Shown in pieces: positions 30,263 to 39,613 of a DNA stretch of 64,000 bases; within the stretch, counting starts at the first letter, position 1; each line of letters opens with the position of its first letter. The notes under the pieces are model-generated. The model saw only the letters and a list, made by a program, of their open reading frames with translations. It made no database searches and had not been told where the DNA came from. Both the position numbers and the translations under genes were made by a program. Source of the stretch: Flavobacteriales bacterium (GTDB lineage Bacteria; Bacteroidota; Bacteroidia; Flavobacteriales; UBA7430); assembly GCA_022425195.1 (NCBI GenBank), contig JAKMFX010000010.1, positions 1,814-65,813 on the forward strand. Direction: 5' to 3'.

Positions 30263-32371
30263 ATGGCGGATTTAGATTTTGACATGCCACAAAACCAATC
30301 TTCTTCGATAAAAGTAATCGGAGTAGGAGGTGGCGGTAGTAATGCCGTAAATTACATGTACCACAAAGGAATCAAAGGAGTTGATTTTGTTGTTTGTAAT
30401 ACCGATCAACAAGCTCTTGACGACAGCCCCGTACCTACGAAAATTCAGTTGGGTGTTTCTGTAACAGAGGGTCTTGGAGCCGGTGCTTGGCCTTTGAAAG
30501 GCCGCATGGCAGCGGAGGAGAACCTCAAAGATGTGGTGGATGTTTTGGAGTGCAATACCAAGATGGTTTTCATCAATGCCGGAATGGGTGGTGGAACCGG
30601 AACAGGAGCTGCACCCGTCATTGCAAAAGCAGCCAGAGATTTAGATATTCTTACCGTAGCCATTGTTACGATACCCTTTGTATTTGAAGGAGAGCTCAGA
30701 ATGAGCCAGGCTAAAGAAGGAATTGAGGAGCTGAAAGAGCATGTGGACTCCCTCATTGTGATCAACAATAATAAGCTTCGAGAAATTTATGGGAATCTCG
30801 GATTTAAGTCAGGTTTCGCCAAAGCTGACGAAATATTAGCCACTGCTTCCAGAGGGATTGCGGAGGTGATTACCCAAAAAGGACATTTGAATATCGATTT
30901 AAATGATGCGAAAACCGTTCTTTCCAATAGTGGTACCGCCATCATGGGCTCTGGAACGGCTTCCGGAGACGGTCGCGCCATCAAAGCTGTGAAAGGAGCT
31001 ATTGAGTCTCCACTCCTAGATAATAATCACATTAGAGGGGCGAAGAAAGTCCTGTTGCTGATCGTTTCAGGAGCCGAAGAGGTTACTTTTGAGGAGATGG
31101 GAGAGATTTCAGACTTTATCCAAGATCAAGTAATGATTGAAGGAGGCGCACCCGCGGATATCATTATGGGGGTTGCAGAAGATGACGAACTTGAATCATC
31201 CGTAAATGTTACTGTAGTTGCTACGGGATTCCATGAAGGCAAAGCCGTCAACCCACTCACTGGAATACCTGAAAAAGTCGTTCACGACTTGGAAGAGAAA
31301 ACACGTCCTGTAAAGGTTGTTGAACAGCCAATATCTAGCCCTGTCGTATCCGAAGAAGTTATTGAAGATCTTCCGGAGGAAACGGTTAAGCATATATTGA
31401 CGATTGACCCAGAAGAAGAATTTCTGAATGACGGTTTTGTAGATCGGGCTTCTGATCAAGAGGAAATCACGCTAATGGAAGATGTAGTGCTAGAAACTGT
31501 AGATGCTTCAGAACCTGTAGAGCCTCTTCAGCAAGTCAGTATGACCTTTGAATTTGATATGGATCAGCAGCCTTCAGACGCTAAGACAATGACTCGTGAG
31601 GAGCCTAAAGTGGTGTTCAACCTCATTGAAGAGATTGAAGAAGAGCGATTGATGTCTGAGCATAAGACACTCGAAACCTCTGGTCAGGACTTTGAAGAAC
31701 CTTTGAAAGAAGTGCCTGTATCGGAAAGTACTGAAATGGATTTGAGAGAGGAGACCATTTCTTTTCAAATAGACTCAGATACTGAGCTACAAGAAGCTTC
31801 TATTGACTTTAGTATAGACAGTTCTCCAGATGAAGAACCGACTGAAGAGAAAATTATTCATACCCTTAGTATGGATGATTCCGATGAAATCACCGAATTT
31901 TCTACCGAGGAAACATCACAAAATATTGAGGAACCCTCATTTCTAAATACAGAACATGTTGGGCTTGAAAATGAAAGGTCGGTGTCGGATTTTAGTGATC
32001 CTTCTGTTGCAGTTACAGACCTTGAAGAACCTCTTGTAAATCAAAAAGATGAAGCCTTAGAAGAAGTTGCTCCTGCAATTGATGCTCCCCTAGAAAGGGC
32101 ATCTTCGACACACAGTAAGGCCGTTCAGGAACAAATAGAACGCGCTCAGAAAAGGAAAGAACGCTTACAAAAATTTAACTATCGATTCCGAAATAACGGT
32201 GTGATTGATAAGGCAGAAAATGAGCCTGCTTATAAACGACAAGGCATAGAGCTAAATCAAGGTCAACATTCGTCGGATGATGAAATGTCAAGGCTAAGTT
32301 TAAACACCCATGAGGATGGTGAAATTGAGTTGTCCAGTAAAAACTCATTCTTACACGATAATGTTGACTAA
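30263..32371 (+). CDS. ftsZ: Cell division protein FtsZ with a long acidic linker
   Basis: GVGGGGSNA, AGMGGGTGTG, NIDLND, C-terminal PAYKR and NSFLHDNVD. Confidence 0.98.
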   Translation: MADLDFDMPQNQSSSIKVIGVGGGGSNAVNYMYHKGIKGVDFVVCNTDQQALDDSPVPTKIQLGVSVTEGLGAGAWPLKGRMAAEENLKDVVDVLECNTKMVFINAGMGGGTGTGAAPVIAKAARDLDILTVAIVTIPFVFEGELRMSQAKEGIEELKEHVDSLIVINNNKLREIYGNLGFKSGFAKADEILATASRGIAEVITQKGHLNIDLNDAKTVLSNSGTAIMGSGTASGDGRAIKAVKGAIESPLLDNNHIRGAKKVLLLIVSGAEEVTFEEMGEISDFIQDQVMIEGGAPADIIMGVAEDDELESSVNVTVVATGFHEGKAVNPLTGIPEKVVHDLEEKTRPVKVVEQPISSPVVSEEVIEDLPEETVKHILTIDPEEEFLNDGFVDRASDQEEITLMEDVVLETVDASEPVEPLQQVSMTFEFDMDQQPSDAKTMTREEPKVVFNLIEEIEEERLMSEHKTLETSGQDFEEPLKEVPVSESTEMDLREETISFQIDSDTELQEASIDFSIDSSPDEEPTEEKIIHTLSMDDSDEITEFSTEETSQNIEEPSFLNTEHVGLENERSVSDFSDPSVAVTDLEEPLVNQKDEALEEVAPAIDAPLERASSTHSKAVQEQIERAQKRKERLQKFNYRFRNNGVIDKAENEPAYKRQGIELNQGQHSSDDEMSRLSLNTHEDGEIELSSKNSFLHDNVD

Positions 32372-32383
32372 CCAGATAGATTT

Positions 32384-32836
32384 ATGAGTTTAAAAGCACA
32401 GATCATGCCCGCAATGAAAGAGGCTATGAAAGCAAAAGATAAGGTGTCCTTAGAAACACTCAGAGCCATTAAAGCCGAGTTGTTAAAAGCGGATACCGCT
32501 TCAGGAGCATCAGGAGAGATGAGCGATGCTGAAGAGATTAAGTTACTCCAGAAGATGCAAAAGCAGCGTAAAGATGCTGCAGCTATTTACGTAGAACAAG
32601 GAAGAGATGATTTGGCGGCTGATGAAACGGCTCAGATGAAAGTTTTAGCGAAGTTTCTTCCTCAGCAGATGAGCTCCAAAGACTTGGAAGAAGCTGTGAC
32701 AGCTATTCTTCAAAAGGTGGGCGCAAACGGTCCTGCTGACATGGGAAAGGCCATGGGAGTTGCTTCTAAAGAGCTTGCTGGTAAAGCTGAGGGTAGGGCC
32801 ATAGCTGATATGGTTAGGTCACTTTTGAATCAGTAA
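32384..32836 (+). CDS. GatB/YqeY domain protein
   Basis: MKEAMKAKD...LRAIK, GRDDLA, DMGKAMG. Confidence 0.92.
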   Translation: MSLKAQIMPAMKEAMKAKDKVSLETLRAIKAELLKADTASGASGEMSDAEEIKLLQKMQKQRKDAAAIYVEQGRDDLAADETAQMKVLAKFLPQQMSSKDLEEAVTAILQKVGANGPADMGKAMGVASKELAGKAEGRAIADMVRSLLNQ

Positions 32837-32953
32837 TTTAAACAGGATTACCTCGTTTTAAGTCGCTTTAAAAGGCACATCTAGGTGGATTCACCTATAC
32901 AATGAGTAACATCACCTATTGACTTATCACCCATATGAGACCTACATTTGTCT

Positions 32954-33022
32954 CATATAATAGTTTTAGTTAATAGTAATATTTTTGGTAAAGGGCCCAT
33001 ACTTTTAGTGTGGGCCTTTTTT
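32954..33022 (+). ncRNA. Candidate sRNA of about 70 nt between yqeY and groEL
   Basis: TTG-N21-TACATTTG promoter (32919-32950), no ORF, own terminator GGCCCATAC-TTTTA-GTGTGGGCC-T6. Confidence 0.5.
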
Positions 33023-33050
33023 GATTTTAAATATATTTTTAAGCCCAAAT

Positions 33051-33087
33051 AAAAAAGGCCCTGTCTATGAAACAGGGCCTTTTTTTA
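33051..33087 (-). terminator. Bidirectional terminator after groEL
   Basis: A6-GGCCCTGT-CTATGAA-ACAGGGCC-T7. Confidence 0.9.
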
Positions 33088-33097
33088 TCGGTAAGAT

Positions 33098-35024
<1,927 letters not shown>

Positions 35025-35072
35025 GTTACGTCAAATTAAATAGTTTATACAATGAATTTTGAATGCATTTAC

Positions 35073-35087
35073 TCAGAAATTGTGCCA
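35073..35087 (-). promoter_or_regulatory. Putative sigma54-like -24/-12 promoter of groES
   Basis: Minus strand TGGCAC-AATTT-CTGA: perfect -24 box, degenerate -12 (GA in place of GC). Confidence 0.5.
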
Positions 35088-35124
35088 CTAAGGGTTTTCT
35101 GTCAATTTGTCCTAAAAATAGGAT

Positions 35125-35159
35125 AAAAAAAAATGCCAAACGGGTCAGCTTGGCATTTT
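35125..35159 (-). terminator. Terminator after secG (overlaps a putative operator box)
   Basis: Minus strand AAAATGCCAA-GCTGACCCGT-TTGGCA followed by T9. Confidence 0.65.
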
Positions 35160-35176
35160 GATGAATTTTATAGCGT

Positions 35177-35491
35177 CTATTCCGTCACCTCTGGAGTTTC
35201 AGTAGGAACGAAGTCTTCTGCGCTGTCTTCTACTTGTTCAATAATGTTTGATTGACTTTCGATATCGCTTCGGTCAATGGCAAAGTTAGAGGCAAGCGAT
35301 AAGGCAACTAAGGCCAGTGCAAGCGTCCAGGTACTTTTTTCCAAAAAGTCAGAAGTTTTTTTGACTCCCATAAATTGATTTCCTTCACCAAATGTAGAAG
35401 AGAGCCCTCCACCTTTTGGATTTTGAACTAAGATGACCAGTAGCAATAATGCGCAAGTAATCAGTATTAAAATAGAAAACAATCCGTACAT
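35177..35491 (-). CDS. secG: Preprotein translocase subunit SecG
   Basis: ILVQNPKGGGLS, LEKSTW, two TM segments. Confidence 0.93.
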   Translation of the reverse strand: MYGLFSILILITCALLLLVILVQNPKGGGLSSTFGEGNQFMGVKKTSDFLEKSTWTLALALVALSLASNFAIDRSDIESQSNIIEQVEDSAEDFVPTETPEVTE

Positions 35492-35493
35492 AT

Positions 35494-36174
35494 CTATGAG
35501 TTTATTTGTTTAATGGCTTTAATTTGGTTTGCAAATAAACTACTTTTTTGTGGATATTTCAAACTTAAAATTTCATAGGCGGTTATGGCCTTCTCCAAGT
35601 GCCCTTGTTCCAGATATACTTTAGCCAGTGTTTCCGTCATGAGGGTATTATTTTCCTGTAAACTTTCTTTTGCCGTTTGATCTGGAGAAAAGAATTCTTT
35701 TTTTGGACGTTCCTTCTTTTTAGACTCGGCAATAAAGTCAACAATCTTGTTTGTTTTTTCCAGAGGCTTTAGCGCTTTGTTCTCCTCTGTTTTTTCTCTG
35801 TCGATAGGTTTAAAACGGGCAAGCTTGAGCCACTCATTAAAGGAGTGTTTCTCCTCTTGATCGAACTCAAGAGGTTTACCTAGTTCGAGATCTACCTCTA
35901 TCTCTGAAGAGGATAAAACGGTTTTTTTCTCACTTTGAAATGTTTCTTGAGTAATGTATTCAAAGAGTAAGGTCCTATTTCCCGATATCGCTGCCGTCAT
36001 TTTCAATTCCCTATTGTACGCTTCGCTTTCTGAATCTTTTAATGCCTTCAGTCGCAATTTGTGTAATGACGAGCAATAGGGATGCGTTACACAGAGTTCA
36101 TCTAACTCAGAAAGGTGTTCTTTTCGAATGTTTTCGGGTTTCCGAATTAGTGCTATGAATTGTGCGCTTTGCAT
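35494..36174 (-). CDS. Conserved hypothetical protein with C-terminal TPR
   Basis: TETLAKVYLEQG...AYEILSLKYPQKS; usual position between lptE and secG. Confidence 0.8.
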   Translation of the reverse strand: MQSAQFIALIRKPENIRKEHLSELDELCVTHPYCSSLHKLRLKALKDSESEAYNRELKMTAAISGNRTLLFEYITQETFQSEKKTVLSSSEIEVDLELGKPLEFDQEEKHSFNEWLKLARFKPIDREKTEENKALKPLEKTNKIVDFIAESKKKERPKKEFFSPDQTAKESLQENNTLMTETLAKVYLEQGHLEKAITAYEILSLKYPQKSSLFANQIKAIKQINS

Positions 36175-36175
36175 A

Positions 36176-36673
36176 CTACCAATTTACAACAGCTTTATTA
36201 AATAAGTCTTCAATGAGCTCAGAAATTATTTCTTCCAGCAAACTTTCTTCTATTTGAGAGAGATTCAAGTTGCTGTCAAAATCTGCATAGCGACTAAAAG
36301 TTTGTTCGTATGAATTATCAGGCTCTATTTGATTGGTAAACCGGACAAAAACTTTCACGCTCAGCCGATTTTGATTTGCTTGATCATTAGAGCTAATGCT
36401 GATAGGTGTAATTTTATAGTCGCTTATATATCCTTCAAATTGCAGGTCCCCATTGCTGCGAATTAAGTTTAAGTCGGTTTGTTGGATGAGGTATTCTTGA
36501 AGGTCATTCGTAAACTGTTGGCTTAATGTCGGCTGGACTAAAGTAGCTTGATTTTGAAAATAAGTAACGGAAGTTGTTTTTGCATCAGGGTGGATGTCAG
36601 CTCCCGTAAAAGTGTAAACACTACAGCTACATACCAAGGCGATGCACGCGATTAAAATCTGGAATCTGGACAT
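36176..36673 (-). CDS. lptE: LptE family lipoprotein
   Basis: Lipobox-like CSCSVYTFTG, FEGYISDY, ends in NW. Start moved to MSRFQ. Confidence 0.8.
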   Translation of the reverse strand: MSRFQILIACIALVCSCSVYTFTGADIHPDAKTTSVTYFQNQATLVQPTLSQQFTNDLQEYLIQQTDLNLIRSNGDLQFEGYISDYKITPISISSNDQANQNRLSVKVFVRFTNQIEPDNSYEQTFSRYADFDSNLNLSQIEESLLEEIISELIEDLFNKAVVNW

Positions 36674-36674
36674 A

Positions 36675-37904
36675 TTATAAGTCGTATTGTTTAATTTTCC
36701 GGTAAAGGGTTCGTTCAGAAATACCCAGTTCTGCTGCCGCCCCTTTTCTTTTACCACGATGTTTTTCAAGAGCGTTTTTTATCATTTCAATTTCTTTATC
36801 CTGAAGGGATAAGGACTCTTGAGGTTTTATTTCTTGGGCTTGAATGGTACGAGTTTGTTCAGTCTGTTCTGAAGATGGAGAGGGTAGAAGAATGGCTTGA
36901 TTTTGGTTGACGTCGTCGTATTCTGAGTAAATTTCGTCAATCCGTTTTTCGTTTTCTTCATCGAAATTTAGCTCCCCTTTCGTGAGATTTTGCGTGAGTT
37001 TTTTCAAATCACTAATGTCTTTCTTCATGTCGAAGAGCACCTTGTAAAGTATTTCTCTCTCGGTATAGTCGTTTGATGCAGTCTTCCCATCATCGTAGAG
37101 AACGGGTAGTGTTTTTTCTTCGTTGTTAGGAAGGTAGTTTTTTAGCGTAATCGCGTCAATCATCCGACGCTCTTCAACAACGGAAAGTTGCTCGGTAACG
37201 TTTCTGAGTTGCCTGATGTTTCCCGGCCATCGGTATGCAGAAATCAATTTGACAGCATCTTCATCAAGACGGACAGAAGGCATGTGGTATTTTTCGGCAA
37301 AGTCCATGGCAAATTTCCGGAAGATCAAATGGATGTCATCCTTACGATCTCTGAGGGGCGGTAGATTCACTTGAACGGTATTCAACCGATAAAATAAATC
37401 CTCTCTAAACTGATTTTTTTGAATGGCTGTCTGCATGTTTACGTTCGTAGCAGCAACGATTCGAACTTCTGTTTTTTGAGTCTTTGATGAACCTACCTTA
37501 ATAAACTCTCCAGTTTCTAGGACTCGCAACAAGCGCACTTGCGTCGCTAAAGGGAGTTCTCCCACCTCATCCAAGAAGATGGTGCCACCATCTGCAACTT
37601 CAAAATAACCTTTTCTGCTGGCTGTCGCGCCTGTGAAAGAGCCTTTTTCATGACCAAAAAGTTCACTGTCAATCGTTCCTTCAGGAATGGCTCCACAGTT
37701 CACTGCAATGTAGGGTCCGTGTTTGCGAGCCGACATTTGGTGGATGATTTTTGGGATGACTTCTTTACCGGTTCCACTTTCTCCTGAGACCATCACAGAA
37801 ATGTCTGTAGGAGCTACGCGAATCGCTTTGGATATAGCACGGTCTAGTTCAGGTGAAGAACCTATAATTCCAAATCGTTGTTTTATATCTTGAGCTGATG
37901 TCAT
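36675..37904 (-). CDS. Sigma54-dependent Fis-family enhancer-binding protein lacking an N-terminal sensor domain
   Basis: [43 protein letters not shown]-terminal HTH. Confidence 0.93.
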   Translation of the reverse strand: MTSAQDIKQRFGIIGSSPELDRAISKAIRVAPTDISVMVSGESGTGKEVIPKIIHQMSARKHGPYIAVNCGAIPEGTIDSELFGHEKGSFTGATASRKGYFEVADGGTIFLDEVGELPLATQVRLLRVLETGEFIKVGSSKTQKTEVRIVAATNVNMQTAIQKNQFREDLFYRLNTVQVNLPPLRDRKDDIHLIFRKFAMDFAEKYHMPSVRLDEDAVKLISAYRWPGNIRQLRNVTEQLSVVEERRMIDAITLKNYLPNNEEKTLPVLYDDGKTASNDYTEREILYKVLFDMKKDISDLKKLTQNLTKGELNFDEENEKRIDEIYSEYDDVNQNQAILLPSPSSEQTEQTRTIQAQEIKPQESLSLQDKEIEMIKNALEKHRGKRKGAAAELGISERTLYRKIKQYDL

Positions 37905-37932
37905 CTTATCGATTCACTTTTTTTCATTTGAA

Positions 37933-39384
37933 TTATACTTCCACGCTTTCGCCAATCAAGGTGGCGGAATTACAACTCGTAATTTTTACTTGAACGTAGT
38001 CACCTGCTTTGTAGTGTTTTTTTGGAAATACCGCCACCGAATTGTGTGTAGTTCTTCCAAACAAGTGTTCGTCAGATTTTTTCGAGACCCCTTCCACTAA
38101 AACTTTGAAAGTCTTCCCAATCTTAGATTGGTTGTGTTCCATCGAATGCGCTCTTTGCTTTTCGATAATTTCGGTTAAACGCCTCGATTTAACCTCCTCT
38201 GGAACATCGTCTTCGAATTGCCGAGCTGCTTTTGTGTTCGGACGTTCCGAATACTTGAACATGAAGCCATAGTCGAATTTCACATAATCCATAAGGCTTA
38301 AGGTGTCCTTGTGTTCGTCTTCTGTTTCTGAACAGAAGCTCGAAATGATGTCTTGCGATATGGCGCAGCCAGGGATGATTTTTTTGATGGAATCAATACG
38401 TTGCATATACCACTCTCTGGTGTAGCCACGGTTCATCATATCAAGGATTCTCGTATTTCCAGATTGTACCGGCAGGTGGATGTAGTCGCAAATGTTTTCA
38501 TATTTCGCCATGGTCTCCAGAACTTGATCTGTCATGTCTTGAGGGTGAGATGTCGAAAATCGAATTCTCATTTCAGGACTCACCAGAGCTACTTTTTCGA
38601 GTAGTTGTGCGAAATTCACTGAGCTGGCTTGTTGTATGCTTGAGAGTTTGTTAAAATCCATTTTCGCTCCTCCACCATACCAAAGGTAGGAGTCTACGTT
38701 TTGTCCCAGTAGTGTGACTTCTTTATATCCTTTCTCATGCAGTTCTAGAACTTCATTCACGATGCTCTCAGCATCTCTACTTCGCTCTCTACCCCTTGTG
38801 AAAGGTACCACGCAGAAGGTGCACATATTGTCACAACCTCGCATGATGGATACGAATGCAGTAACACCATTACTGTTAAGTCTTACCGGGCTAATGTCTG
38901 CGTAAGTTTCTTCTTTTGAAAGTTGAACATTGACCGCTTTTTGACCTTGATCCACGGTGTTGATCAAGTTGGGTAAATCTCGATAGGCATCTGGACCAAC
39001 AACAATATCAACGAGCTTTTCTTCTTCCAAAAACTTTGATTTCAGGCGTTCAGCCATGCAGCCAAGCACACCTACAGTCATGTCTTTTTTCTTGTCTTTC
39101 AGCCTTTGGAAAGTTCTGAGACGTTTTCGAACAGTCTGTTCTGCTTTCTCCCTAATGGAACAAGTATTGACGAAAATAACATCTGCCTCGTCGACATTTC
39201 GGGTGGTATTAAAACCGTGCTCGGAAAGAATGGATGCAACAATTTCACTGTCAGAAAAATTCATCTGACAGCCATAGCTTTCAATGTAAAGCTTTCGTTC
39301 TCCTGCCTTGGGCGTTTCAATAACAAGTGCTTCACCTTGTTTTCCTTCGTCAATAACTTTGTTACCTGTATGGTATTGTTCCAT
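37933..39384 (-). CDS. miaB: tRNA i6A37 methylthiotransferase MiaB
   Basis: GCQMN, CSIRE, radical SAM motif [12 protein letters not shown] domain. Confidence 0.97.
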   Translation of the reverse strand: MEQYHTGNKVIDEGKQGEALVIETPKAGERKLYIESYGCQMNFSDSEIVASILSEHGFNTTRNVDEADVIFVNTCSIREKAEQTVRKRLRTFQRLKDKKKDMTVGVLGCMAERLKSKFLEEEKLVDIVVGPDAYRDLPNLINTVDQGQKAVNVQLSKEETYADISPVRLNSNGVTAFVSIMRGCDNMCTFCVVPFTRGRERSRDAESIVNEVLELHEKGYKEVTLLGQNVDSYLWYGGGAKMDFNKLSSIQQASSVNFAQLLEKVALVSPEMRIRFSTSHPQDMTDQVLETMAKYENICDYIHLPVQSGNTRILDMMNRGYTREWYMQRIDSIKKIIPGCAISQDIISSFCSETEDEHKDTLSLMDYVKFDYGFMFKYSERPNTKAARQFEDDVPEEVKSRRLTEIIEKQRAHSMEHNQSKIGKTFKVLVEGVSKKSDEHLFGRTTHNSVAVFPKKHYKAGDYVQVKITSCNSATLIGESVEV

Positions 39385-39407
39385 CTATAATTCGTCTTTG
39401 TTGATCG

Positions 39408-39444
39408 CAAAATTACAAAATGTAATAATTCTGACAAAGTGTCA
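39408..39444 (-). promoter_or_regulatory. miaB-operon promoter (TTTG-N19-TAATTTTG) overlapped by the palindrome TGACA-AAG-TGTCA
   Basis: -7 element at 39408-39415, -33 at 39435-39438, palindrome at 39432-39444. Confidence 0.7.
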
Positions 39445-39613
39445 TGTAAGATTAGCGAGATTAAAGTTTTAAAGAGCTCTTGAGGAGGATTTTTTTATTT
39501 CAAATATTCTTTTAATTTATTAAAAGAGCATGCCGAACCATTAGATAATAGTCCTACAATTAGGAAGATTGATAAAACTTATCATAATTTTACAGCAAAT
39601 CTGAGAACTAAAT

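Noticed and set aside
16813-32836. dcw cluster lacks murF and ddl
   Set aside because: Usual arrangement in Bacteroidota; these genes are normally elsewhere.
32942-32956. Minus-strand mini-ORF MRQM with a good-looking initiation context
   Set aside because: Only four codons, downstream of the groEL terminator, with no minus-strand promoter seen; better explained as the antisense face of the candidate sRNA.
35025-35176. CIRCE element upstream of groES
   Set aside because: No TTAGCACTC-N9-GAGTGCTAA match; TTAGTGGCAC is only superficially similar.
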